Under the pieces are notes generated by a model, which was not told the DNA's origin, made no database searches, and was given only the letters and a program-made list of their open reading frames with translations. A stretch of 64,000 nt of DNA from the NCBI GenBank assembly GCA_938034975.1, contig CALHNI010000005.1:60718-124717 (forward strand), in the 5' to 3' direction. The position numbers were made by a program, and so were the translations under genes. Shown here one piece after another: positions 47,301 to 55,693 of this stretch; position 1 is the first letter of the stretch, and the number at the start of each line of letters is the position of its first letter. This DNA comes from Candidatus Goldiibacteriota bacterium. Lineage in GTDB: Bacteria > Oederibacteriota > PGYV01 > DYJU01.

Positions 47301-49873
47301 TAAAATTGTCATGGTCAGTTCCGCATGATTTGTCAAAAATAAGAAATTTTTATTATTTACTTTCCCAGGAAAAACAATTAAAGATAAATCCTGCTCTTGC
47401 AACAAAGACAGAAAAAAGAGAAATTGATTTTAATCTGGCAGAAGAAGGTATTTATTATTTTCATATAATAGGTGAGGATAACGCTGGTAATATAGGCGAT
47501 GAACCGGCTATATTTACGATTAAAATAGATTTAAAAGCCGAGCCGCCTGAGGTAATATCAACAACGCATCCCAATCCGGAAAAATTTTATTCAAATGTAA
47601 ATCCTGTTTTTGTTATAGAAAAAGTAAATGATTTATCTGGTGCTGATGGATTTTATTATATTGTTGATAAACAACCGGAAACAATACCAGATAAAAAAAC
47701 AGGAAGATTTGTAAATGATACAACTATAAAAATTCCGGAAAAATTAGAAGATGGTGAATGGTATTTTCATATTGTTTTAAAAGATAAAGCAGGTAATTTA
47801 GGAACAAAAGCTACACATTATAAATTTAAAATTGAGACAACACCGCCTGAGGCGCACATAAAGGAATTACCACAATTTGTTGCATCCGATACTTTTGAAG
47901 TTAAATGGACAGGTTCTGATAAAGAATCTGGAATAAATTGTTTTACCATAGAATACAAAGAAGGTGAAAAAGGAAAATGGAAAACCTGGCTTTTGGAAAC
48001 AAAAGCGCAATCAGGAATTTTTAAAGGAGAAGATGGTATTACTTATTATTTCAGAATAAAAGCAAAAGATAATGCGGGAAACTGGTCGGATTTTTTTGAG
48101 GATGAAAAAATAAAAACAACGATAGATATATCACCTCCTTCACCTGTAACCCAGATAGTTGCAAAGCCAATTGCTGGCGGAAAAATTTTACTGGAATGGA
48201 ATAAATCTTTGGATTCAATAAGTGGCCTTGATTTTTACAGGATATACAGGTCAACATCAAGCGGACAACTTGGGATGCAGATAAATAATGATGGTGAAAC
48301 AAAAGAGACGAAGTTTATTGATGAATCAAAAGAACTGGAAGATGGTATTATTTATTACTATACAATAAGAGCAGTGGATAAAATAGGAAATGAAAGGGAA
48401 AGTGGCAATAAGCAGATTTTTGCTATATGTGACAGAATTGCATTACCACCTGTAATTTCATCAATTACACATCCAATACAAGATCAGTGGTATAATCATA
48501 AAAATATAAAATTAACATGGAATACACCGCAAGATGCAACGAGGATAAATGGTTATTATTATATATTTGACCAGCTGTCAACAACTGTGCCTGATGCAAA
48601 AACAGGGAATTGGATTACAGAAAACGAAATAGACATTAACAATGTATCTGATGGGACGTGGTATTTTCATATAATATCAAAAGATGATGCCGGAAATTTA
48701 TCAGAAGAAGCAACTCATTTTAAGATAAATATAGATACAACAAAACCCAAACCACCGGTTGTTTCTTCTATTACACATCAGGATCCAAACCAGTGGTATA
48801 ATAATAATTCACCTTCTTTTTCATGGACAATACCTTCTGACCCGGCAGGAATAGAAGGTTATTATTATATTTTTAATCAGATGAAAAATGTGGTGCCTGA
48901 CATTGCTACATCAAGTTGGACAAAAGGAACAATTGCGTCTTTTGTTGATGTTCCGGACGGGATATGGTATTTTCATATCATTGCAAAGGACACAGCAGGT
49001 AATATTTCTGAAGAAGTTTCCCATTTTCAGATAAATGTTGCAATGTCGCCGCCGCCGCCTTATGTTTTTTCAGCATCACATCCTGACCAGGAAAAGTGGT
49101 ATAGGGAAAGAAATGTAAAGATACAATGGAAACCTGTAAAATATGTAAATGAAATAATAGGGTATTATTATGTTCTTGATAATAATGAAGGAACAATTCC
49201 AACGGTTAAATCAAATAAAACAATGGATACAAATGTGAATTTTCAGGATTTAAAAGATGGAATTTACTATTTTCATATAATATCGGTTGATAAAGAAGGT
49301 GTAATTGGAAGGACCGCGGCTCATTATAAAATAAAAATCAAGACAAAAATAACTTTAAAAGGAGTCATAACACAATCTAATGGAATTATGCCTTTGCCTG
49401 GTGCAACGGTTGAGGTGATGAAAGAAGATGGCACAACGCTTGGGGTTTCAATTTCAGATAAAGAAGGTAATTATCAAATAGAAAATTTATCCGTTGGGAA
49501 AGTAAAGATAAAAGTTCTTGCCAAAAATCTTCCGCCACAGATGATTTATGATATAGAATTAACCGAGGACCAGTCAGAAAGAATATTAAATATATCTTCT
49601 GAAATATTTGCAATCTATGAACCATCAACAGAAAAAATAATTTTTAATTATTATATACCTGAAAACGGATTGGTTACTATAAAAATTTATACCGAAAGTG
49701 GTAAAATACTTCATACCATAGAAGAAAAAAAGACAGGTAAAATATACAATAATTCTTTTTGGAATGTTAAAGATATAGAAGATGGAATATATCTTTACCA
49801 GATAACTTCAAAAGGTGATGCAACAGGAAAATTAACCAGATACGCTATAAGGAAAATAAAAAAAGGAAAATAA
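44336..49873 (+). CDS. giant multi-domain protein: HicB-like N-terminal domain + BNR/Ycf48-like beta-propeller + FN3 + ten ~100-aa tandem repeat modules + CarboxypepD_reg-like domain + C-terminal T9SS/FlgD-Ig-like sorting-type beta-sandwich
   Basis: 1845 aa. aa 1-60 match the HicB/UPF0150 pattern (FEIVIKEQDGHFIGECIELPGLIVSGANKNEVIKNIKAAIPLYL). Propeller repeats (LYAGT..G.IY.T.DG..W). FN3 (VTSHSAVITWKTDREANTIIEYGLD). Ten repeats of THPD..KWYN...WN.P.DLSGIEGYYY..D......P..............DG.WYFH....DKAGN.G....HF.I.ID. The C-terminus LVTIKIYTESGKILHTIEE...WNVKDIEDGIYLYQITSKGD resembles type-A CTD/FlgD-Ig. Confidence 0.6.
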   Translation: MKIEKKEIVLNFEIVIKEQDGHFIGECIELPGLIVSGANKNEVIKNIKAAIPLYLKYVPKESFIPVYENSMTPIIYDFEEFNGFLYAASSKDVVLKTPTGDVGSWENINITNIFSPYFNPPVGKIRDFTTEDLGDYTPQIYCLKFFSDLGTPKLYCGTNANGGIYETLDGKKWSLSFNSGEARVHCLEVFKGKLFAGTSTEGKIYSYNGTNWTISNATTELAIVSFGLFRDYLYAGTYPNGIIFRTADGINWQKVFDTNQSFVNSFCVFKNRLYAATSKASGALVFMTEDGTNWVENFFSEKDPNFFKFAVFANALYLGTGDNGRVYKTLDGKKWELAFQTDEEDIRAITVFNGYLYFGSSPKGRIFKTIESNVPPPKAYDIEISEVTSHSAVITWKTDREANTIIEYGLDKNYGNNIINETKTVNHKITLNNLKALTTYHFRILTFSDMGSFSGILEDYSFTTSAAVTPVISSKTHSDQNKWYSSMECELNWGIHPEVKNYYYLFDKNPETVPDISKCNVTAKESTIIKLPEDGIWYFHLLIEDKAGNISTSVSHFTIKIDTSALPPDVFSPTHPDNTKWYNNSNVVLKWNPPDDLSGIEGYYFMIDDLPGTLVNEKSGRFTSDTQISIKIHDDGVKYFHIISKDKAGNIGTKATHFRINIDTHSLPPIISSKTHPDTESWYNEREAEIHFAKPHDLSGIEGFYYYVDNNKTPNENVDWSFIESGDIKIKVNQDGIWYVHAKSKDLAGNISKEISSFKLKIDTQALPPNISSLTHPDPNKWYNIKRAQFKIYPSDDLSGIEGYYYLIDTKEKTIPDTTSVWLDKDTIFTPDLKDGEWYLHIITKDKAGNVGILASHFKFNIDTTAKPPKVFSKTHPNQEEWYNNPNPELHWETPEDLSGIEGYYYIVDNKQNTIPTKENGEWIKTNQVVLSQMEDGIFYFHIVSKDYAGNIGFEAEHFKIKIDTKVESPKVMSLTHPDENKWYNSQIVKLSWSVPHDLSKIRNFYYLLSQEKQLKINPALATKTEKREIDFNLAEEGIYYFHIIGEDNAGNIGDEPAIFTIKIDLKAEPPEVISTTHPNPEKFYSNVNPVFVIEKVNDLSGADGFYYIVDKQPETIPDKKTGRFVNDTTIKIPEKLEDGEWYFHIVLKDKAGNLGTKATHYKFKIETTPPEAHIKELPQFVASDTFEVKWTGSDKESGINCFTIEYKEGEKGKWKTWLLETKAQSGIFKGEDGITYYFRIKAKDNAGNWSDFFEDEKIKTTIDISPPSPVTQIVAKPIAGGKILLEWNKSLDSISGLDFYRIYRSTSSGQLGMQINNDGETKETKFIDESKELEDGIIYYYTIRAVDKIGNERESGNKQIFAICDRIALPPVISSITHPIQDQWYNHKNIKLTWNTPQDATRINGYYYIFDQLSTTVPDAKTGNWITENEIDINNVSDGTWYFHIISKDDAGNLSEEATHFKINIDTTKPKPPVVSSITHQDPNQWYNNNSPSFSWTIPSDPAGIEGYYYIFNQMKNVVPDIATSSWTKGTIASFVDVPDGIWYFHIIAKDTAGNISEEVSHFQINVAMSPPPPYVFSASHPDQEKWYRERNVKIQWKPVKYVNEIIGYYYVLDNNEGTIPTVKSNKTMDTNVNFQDLKDGIYYFHIISVDKEGVIGRTAAHYKIKIKTKITLKGVITQSNGIMPLPGATVEVMKEDGTTLGVSISDKEGNYQIENLSVGKVKIKVLAKNLPPQMIYDIELTEDQSERILNISSEIFAIYEPSTEKIIFNYYIPENGLVTIKIYTESGKILHTIEEKKTGKIYNNSFWNVKDIEDGIYLYQITSKGDATGKLTRYAIRKIKKGK

Positions 49874-49925
49874 GAATATTTAAATTTTCTATACAATTTT
49901 ACCAAAAATAAATAAAGGAGGAAAA

Positions 49926-50759
49926 ATGGCAAAATTTTGTAAATCGTGTGGAGCGGAAAACAGAGACGATGCTTCTTTTTGTAAAGAATGCGGAGTCCCG
50001 CTTCCGAAAAAGAGAAAGGATATTGATGACAGAAAAATAAAAGAGTATGAGAAAAGATTAAAAAAATTCTGGATAACGGTTTTTATTATAATAGGTTTAG
50101 CAGGAATTATAGTTTATACAATAATAAAAAAAATAGAATATTATAATAAAGTTGAAACAGTAAAAGAATATAGCGGTAAATATTTAAATGAAGACAAAGC
50201 AGCGTTTTCCGGAATAGGTTTGGGGACTTTTGCTCTTGAAGGACTTACATGGGATTTAAAAATAAATGATATTCAGAAATTATATCCTTATGTGAAAGAG
50301 TCCAAGGATCCTGATTTTGTTACTTCGCTTATGGTTTCGCAGCCGGATTTTAAAGTTGAAATACCACATGCCAATTTTATGAGTTTGGGGATAATAAATG
50401 AAAAATTATATGCAATAAAATTTGAATTCGGGAGTTCAAGAGAATTTTTAAGGCAGCAACTGAAAATACCTAATGAAGATGAAATAATGTATGGAAGATT
50501 TGAAGGAATTTATAAAGTTTTCAGGGAAATATACGGACAGCCGTCTTTTGTGAAAAATGAAATAGGTAAATTAAATTTTTCTGAAAGGTTAAAATATTTA
50601 AAATCAGGGAAATTAAAAGATGGCAGGCCAAGTAATGTTTATATATACTGGATTTTAGGTAAAACAAAGGTAGAAATTGCTTTTTTTGGTTTTAATGGTA
50701 AACCTAAACTCACAGTCAGGTTTTTATATCTGCCTGTATGGGAAAAAATAGGTGGATAA
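49926..50759 (+). CDS. zinc-ribbon domain membrane protein (N-terminal CxxC...CxxC, one TM, extracytoplasmic domain)
   Basis: 277 aa. Starts MAKFCKSCGAENRDDASFCKECG, followed by a TM helix. GGAGG RBS. Confidence 0.45.
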   Translation: MAKFCKSCGAENRDDASFCKECGVPLPKKRKDIDDRKIKEYEKRLKKFWITVFIIIGLAGIIVYTIIKKIEYYNKVETVKEYSGKYLNEDKAAFSGIGLGTFALEGLTWDLKINDIQKLYPYVKESKDPDFVTSLMVSQPDFKVEIPHANFMSLGIINEKLYAIKFEFGSSREFLRQQLKIPNEDEIMYGRFEGIYKVFREIYGQPSFVKNEIGKLNFSERLKYLKSGKLKDGRPSNVYIYWILGKTKVEIAFFGFNGKPKLTVRFLYLPVWEKIGG

Positions 50760-52689
50760 AACAAAAAAACTTTTTTTTACAAATTTTTTTCTTTATCTCT
50801 TTTTTCTTTTGCCACTTGTCTTTTCATCTTTTTCATACAGTATTTTAATAGTAAAAGAAATTTTGTTTACTATTTGCATTTTAGGTTTTATTATTTGTTT
50901 CTTTATGGAAAAAGAAATAAAATTAAAAAAAATAACTTTGCTCCCTTTGATTTTTATTTTTTATTTATTTTTATCTGTATTTTTTTCAAAATATAAATTT
51001 GCAGCAGCAGGGATTTTATATGTGCTGGTCATAAATTTTATTTTTTTTATGCTTTATTCTAATTCGGAAAACATAAATACGGAAAAAATCTTAAAATTTT
51101 TTGTGTATTCATGTTTGCCTTTTGCATTTATCGGCATTTTTCAGTCAGTGGGAATTGATTTTCCAAAAGGACTTTTGGTTTTTGGAAAAAATATACCTGC
51201 AACATTTGGAAATCCCAATTTTTTTGCAGCTTATATTATTGGTATTTTTCCTGTTTTAATGATGCTTTTTTACAAAGACACAGGATTTAAAAAATATTTA
51301 TTTTTTTCTTTAATTATTTTATTTATTTTTTTACTTTACAAAACAGGCTCAAAAGCAGGGCTTTTAGCTTTTTTTACAGAAATTTTTTTATTAATATTTT
51401 TCTCTGAGTCAATATCCAAAAAAAGTAAAATCATAATAATTGTTTTAATTTTTATTATTTCTTTGGTTATTTTTATTAAAATTTTTAATGTGCCGGTTAA
51501 TAAAATTATAGAAAGAAAAGAATGGCTAAAAAATGAATCGGTTTTTTTCAGGGTTAATGTGTGGCATGGAACAATAAAATTAATAAAAAAATATTTTTTA
51601 ACTGGATGCGGACCAGGTTCTTTTGCTTATGTGTTCCCTTTTTTTAAACCAGAAGCAGTGATGTTTTGGGCAAAAGAGCATAGTTATGAAATTGTTTATC
51701 CGGAAAATATTTTTTTACAAATTATGGCGGAAACAGGAATTTGCGGATTTCTTATTTTTTTATTTCTTTTAATCATATTATATAAAAATTTTAATATAAA
51801 AAATAAATACTTTTTTATAAGTATAACCGGGATTTTATTTTTAAATTTATTTTCGGTGGATTTAAATTATATAACATCAATTTTTTTAATTTCATTTTTA
51901 GCGGGTAATATTTTTATAAAGAAAGAAGATGATTTTTTTGTTTTAAATGGCAGAACAAAAAAAATAATTTTTATTTTTTTAATTTTTATAACAATCTGTA
52001 TATTTTATTTTCAGGTTAAAAATTTTATTTCTGATTCTTATCTTCAGGGTGCTATTTGGGATTCAAAACAAAAAAAATGGGAGTATGCAATTGAAAAATA
52101 TAAAAAAGCATTGAGTTTTAATAAAAATAATATTGTGGCACAATATTTTCTGGCAAATTCTTTATATGATAATGGAGATTTATATGGTGCTTTGAAAACA
52201 TACGAGGAACTTGATAAAAAAGTTCCCGGATATATTTTAACCAATTATAAAAAAGCAAATATTTTAAATAGGATAGACAATATTGAAAGTGCAAAAAAAG
52301 AGTATAAAAAAGCAATCTCGCTTGACCCTTATTTAAAAGAAGCACTTTTAGAACTTGCTTTTATATATTATAATGAAAAAAATTTTTCAGATGCTGAAAG
52401 TTTAATAAAAAAAGGATTAAAAAAATATAATGATGCGGCTTTATATAATAATCTTGGTAATATATATTTTTCTTCAGGGAAAATCAAAGAGGCAATTGAA
52501 TCATATAAAAAAGCAATTGAAATAAAAGAAGATAAGGATTATTATTATAATCTCGGCTGTGTTTATTTTGTTTTAAAGGATTATAAAAAAGCAAAAGAAA
52601 ATTTTGAAAAAGCATATAGTTTGAAAAATGATGATGAGAAAATAATAAATATGTTAAAAACAATTAAAAGATATGATATAACTAAATAA
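50752..52689 (+). CDS. O-antigen ligase (Wzy_C/WaaL-like) polytopic membrane protein fused to C-terminal TPR repeats
   Basis: 645 aa with more than 10 TM helices. A periplasmic loop with conserved KTGSKAG... precedes the ligase-type loop. The C-terminal 200 aa are TPRs (AIEKYKKALSFNKNN..AQYFLANSLYDNGDLYGA...). Confidence 0.6.
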   Translation: MDKTKKLFFTNFFLYLFFLLPLVFSSFSYSILIVKEILFTICILGFIICFFMEKEIKLKKITLLPLIFIFYLFLSVFFSKYKFAAAGILYVLVINFIFFMLYSNSENINTEKILKFFVYSCLPFAFIGIFQSVGIDFPKGLLVFGKNIPATFGNPNFFAAYIIGIFPVLMMLFYKDTGFKKYLFFSLIILFIFLLYKTGSKAGLLAFFTEIFLLIFFSESISKKSKIIIIVLIFIISLVIFIKIFNVPVNKIIERKEWLKNESVFFRVNVWHGTIKLIKKYFLTGCGPGSFAYVFPFFKPEAVMFWAKEHSYEIVYPENIFLQIMAETGICGFLIFLFLLIILYKNFNIKNKYFFISITGILFLNLFSVDLNYITSIFLISFLAGNIFIKKEDDFFVLNGRTKKIIFIFLIFITICIFYFQVKNFISDSYLQGAIWDSKQKKWEYAIEKYKKALSFNKNNIVAQYFLANSLYDNGDLYGALKTYEELDKKVPGYILTNYKKANILNRIDNIESAKKEYKKAISLDPYLKEALLELAFIYYNEKNFSDAESLIKKGLKKYNDAALYNNLGNIYFSSGKIKEAIESYKKAIEIKEDKDYYYNLGCVYFVLKDYKKAKENFEKAYSLKNDDEKIINMLKTIKRYDITK

Positions 52690-52714
52690 AATTTTTATTT
52701 TAGGAGAAAATAAT

Positions 52715-53335
52715 ATGACAAAAATTGCAGTTTTTATATCAGGTGGCGGCACCAATCTTCAGGCATTGATAGATGCAATAAATAACGAATATATAAAAGA
52801 AGGATACATTGAAATTGTGTTTAGCAATAAAAAAGAAGCATATGGCCTTGAAAGGGCAATAAAGAGTGGAATAAAAACAATGTTTTTAGACCCAAAGGAA
52901 TTTTCAGGCAGACAGGAATATGATGAATATTTGGCAGGCAAAATGAATTCAATGAATATTGACCTGATATGCCTTGCTGGTTATATGCAAATACTCACTG
53001 AAAAATTTTTAGATAAATTCCATGGAAAAATTATGAATATTCATCCTGCGCTTTTGCCTTCCTTTGGTGGACCAGGAATGTATGGGTTAAATGTTCATAA
53101 AGCAGTTATAGAAGCCGGTGTAAAAATTACAGGATGCACAGTTCATTTCGTTGATAAAGGAGTTGATACAGGTCCGATTATAATTCAAAAATGTGTTAGT
53201 GTTGATGATAATGATACACCAGAGACATTGCAACAAAAAGTTTTAAAGTATGAACATCAGGCATATCCCGAAGCAGTAAAGTTATTTACCGAAGGCAGAT
53301 TAAAAATAGTTGGTAAAAGAGTAGTAATATCATAG
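52715..53335 (+). CDS. purN: phosphoribosylglycinamide formyltransferase
   Basis: KIAVFISGGGTNLQALID, a NIHPALLP-type motif (MNIHPALLPSFGG) and GCTVHFVD..VDTGPII; 206 aa. Confidence 0.85.
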   Translation: MTKIAVFISGGGTNLQALIDAINNEYIKEGYIEIVFSNKKEAYGLERAIKSGIKTMFLDPKEFSGRQEYDEYLAGKMNSMNIDLICLAGYMQILTEKFLDKFHGKIMNIHPALLPSFGGPGMYGLNVHKAVIEAGVKITGCTVHFVDKGVDTGPIIIQKCVSVDDNDTPETLQQKVLKYEHQAYPEAVKLFTEGRLKIVGKRVVIS

Positions 53336-53347
53336 GGGGAAAAAGAA

Positions 53348-53662
53348 ATGTTTTGTCCAAATTGTAAATATGAGTATAAAGAAGGCATTTTTATTTGTCC
53401 TGATTGTGGAGAAAAACTTATTGAAAAATTACCGGAAAATAAAATTTTAAAATTTGATACAGTGGAATTATGTGAAGTAGAAGATGAGTTTCAAGCATAT
53501 TTAATAACATCTTTGCTTGAAGAAAATGAAATAGAGAATTTTGTCAGGGAAAACTTTTTACCACATACCAGAGTTGTTATGGGTGAAAAAAGAAAATATG
53601 CAACAATAATCGTAAATAAAGAAAAATTTGAAAAGGCAAAAGAGATTATTAAAAATTTTTAG
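53348..53662 (+). CDS. small zinc-ribbon protein (DUF2007-like putative signal-transduction module)
   Basis: 104 aa. [10 protein letters not shown]...CPDCG, then an acidic tail. Confidence 0.45.
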   Translation: MFCPNCKYEYKEGIFICPDCGEKLIEKLPENKILKFDTVELCEVEDEFQAYLITSLLEENEIENFVRENFLPHTRVVMGEKRKYATIIVNKEKFEKAKEIIKNF

Positions 53663-53684
53663 ATACAAATTCAAGGAGGTAGCA

Positions 53685-55241
53685 ATGCTTAAGGTAAACA
53701 GGGCTTTGATAAGTGTATCAGATAAGGAAGGCATAGTTAATTTAGCAATGGAACTTTCAAAGTTGGGAGTAGAAATTATATCAACAGGTGGAACTGCTAA
53801 AGTTTTAAAACAGGCAGGTATAAATGTTATGGATGTGTCTGATGTGACAGGTTTTCCTGAAATGTTAGATGGGAGGGTAAAAACCCTTCATCCTTTTATA
53901 CATGGTGCTTTACTTGCGGTCAGGAAAAATAAAGAACACATGGAGACAATTCAAAAACATAAAATAATACCTATTGATATGGTTGTAATAAACTTATATC
54001 CTTTTAAAGAAGTTATAAAAAAAGAAAATGTGAGTTTAGAGGAAATAATTGAAAATATTGATATTGGTGGACCAGCAATGATAAGGTCAGCTGCCAAAAA
54101 TGCAGATTCTGTTGCTGTTGTAACTGATAAAAGAGATTATGATAGAGTAATTTTAGAATTAAAATCAGGTGGTATAAAAGATGAGACACTGCAGGAATTA
54201 AGAGTAAAAGCATATAAAACAACAGCAGATTATGACATACATATATCAAATTATCTTGAAAACATTTTGCTGAAAAAAGAAGATTTGCCGGATAAAGTTT
54301 TAATAAGTGTTGATAAAAAACAGGATTTAAGATATGGAGAAAATCCGCATCAAAAGGCAGCTTTTTATGTTTTTTCTAATTTTAAAGAGACAAGCCCGAC
54401 ACTTTCTGAACAATTGCATGGCAAAGAACTTTCCTTTAATAATATATATGATATGGATGCTGCATTTAATCTGGTTAAAGAGTTTGATGAACCAGCAGCA
54501 GTAATTGTAAAACATGCAAACCCATGTGGTGTTGCTTTGAACAATGATATTACCCAGGCATATATAAATGCGTATAATGTTGATACGGTTTCAGCATTTG
54601 GAGGAATAACTGCTTTAAACAGAAAATGCACTGAAAAAATAGCAGAGGAGATAAATAAAATTTTCATGGAAGTTGTTATCGCACCTGATTATGAAGAAAA
54701 GGCACTTCAGATTTTAAAACAAAAGAAAAATTTAAGAATAATAAAAACAGGCGCTATAAAAAAATATATGGAAAACACAATAGCTTATAAAGATATAAGA
54801 AAAGTAACAGGTGGATTGCTTATTCAGGATTTAGATATAAAAGATATAAAAAAAGAAGAATTAAAATTTGTAACAAAAAGAATTCCGACTGAAAAAGAAT
54901 TAGATGACCTTATTTTTGCCTGGAAAGTAGTAAAGCATGTTAAATCAAATGCAATAGTAATTGCAAAAGATAAAATAGCAATAGGGATAGGACCAGGACA
55001 GACAAACAGGGTTGGTTCGGTAAATATTGCTGTAAATCAGGCCAAAGATAAAATAAATGGGGCTGTTTTGGCATCAGAGGCATTTTTTCCTTTCAGGGAT
55101 AGTGTTGATATGGCAGCGAAATTTGGGATATCGTGTATAATACAGCCTGGTGGTTCTATAAAAGACGAAGAGGTCATAAAAGCCGCAGATGAACATAACA
55201 TAGCAATGGTTTTTACAGGAATAAGACATTTTAAACATTAA
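53685..55241 (+). CDS. purH: bifunctional AICAR transformylase/IMP cyclohydrolase PurH (start at [14 protein letters not shown]; ORF-track start 53628 rejected)
   Basis: MGS-like N-terminal domain ([10 protein letters not shown]), AICARFT domain ([12 protein letters not shown]). AGGAGG RBS at 53673-78. 518 aa. Confidence 0.9.
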   Translation: MLKVNRALISVSDKEGIVNLAMELSKLGVEIISTGGTAKVLKQAGINVMDVSDVTGFPEMLDGRVKTLHPFIHGALLAVRKNKEHMETIQKHKIIPIDMVVINLYPFKEVIKKENVSLEEIIENIDIGGPAMIRSAAKNADSVAVVTDKRDYDRVILELKSGGIKDETLQELRVKAYKTTADYDIHISNYLENILLKKEDLPDKVLISVDKKQDLRYGENPHQKAAFYVFSNFKETSPTLSEQLHGKELSFNNIYDMDAAFNLVKEFDEPAAVIVKHANPCGVALNNDITQAYINAYNVDTVSAFGGITALNRKCTEKIAEEINKIFMEVVIAPDYEEKALQILKQKKNLRIIKTGAIKKYMENTIAYKDIRKVTGGLLIQDLDIKDIKKEELKFVTKRIPTEKELDDLIFAWKVVKHVKSNAIVIAKDKIAIGIGPGQTNRVGSVNIAVNQAKDKINGAVLASEAFFPFRDSVDMAAKFGISCIIQPGGSIKDEEVIKAADEHNIAMVFTGIRHFKH

Positions 55242-55360
55242 AAAATTTTTTAAATTTAAAGTGCATTTCTTTTTGTTTTTATTATCAATCAAGTATATTT
55301 TAAATTAAAAATTATAAAATTAATAAAAACTTAAAAAAAAAACAATATTATTCCCTAATA

Positions 55361-55607
55361 TTTAATTCAACCTGAAAATCATTAGAAGATTGTTATTTTC
55401 AGCAAAAAAACAAAAATAATATAATTATTATTAAAAAATTAAAAAATTAAAAAATTAAAATATTTAAAACAACACTTGTTCTTTATTTAAAATTAAAAAA
55501 AAAAGATGAATAAAACAATGCAGTATAAAAATAAAAATTTATTTAAATAAAAATAATAAAAAAATTTATTTTTTCGTAAAAACGAGTTTTCTAACGCGTT
55601 TTTATGG
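55361..55607 (+). repeat. intergenic composite repeat, copy F6 (A'-C-D-B), forward orientation
   Basis: A' 55361-55392 (cctgaaaatcattagaagattgttattttcag), C 55443-55490 (aaaaaattaaaatatttaaaacaacacttgttctttattt), D 55497-55573 (agatgaataaaacaatgcagtataaaaataaaaatttatttaaat...) and B 55574-55607 (tcgtaaaaacgagttttctaacgcgtttttatgg). Confidence 0.85.
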
Positions 55608-55621
55608 TTCAATAAGGGGCG

Positions 55622-55650
55622 TTGACATATATTTTAAATACATATATAAT
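55622..55650 (+). promoter_or_regulatory. consensus sigma70 promoter TTGACA-N17-TATAAT, 14 nt downstream of palindrome B
   Basis: TTGACA at 55622-27, 17-nt spacer, TATAAT at 55645-50. Gene start is at 55694, with an AAGGT SD. Confidence 0.65.
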
Positions 55651-55693
55651 TAAAACATAAAAGAAAAAATCCGTAAAAAATTTAAGGTAAAAA

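Noticed and set aside
53628-53684. ORF-track start at 53628 for purH, overlapping the upstream zinc-ribbon gene
   Set aside because: PurH proteins begin at the [14 protein letters not shown] motif. The ATG at 53685 has a perfect AGGAGG SD; the upstream extension is Lys/Arg-rich junk.
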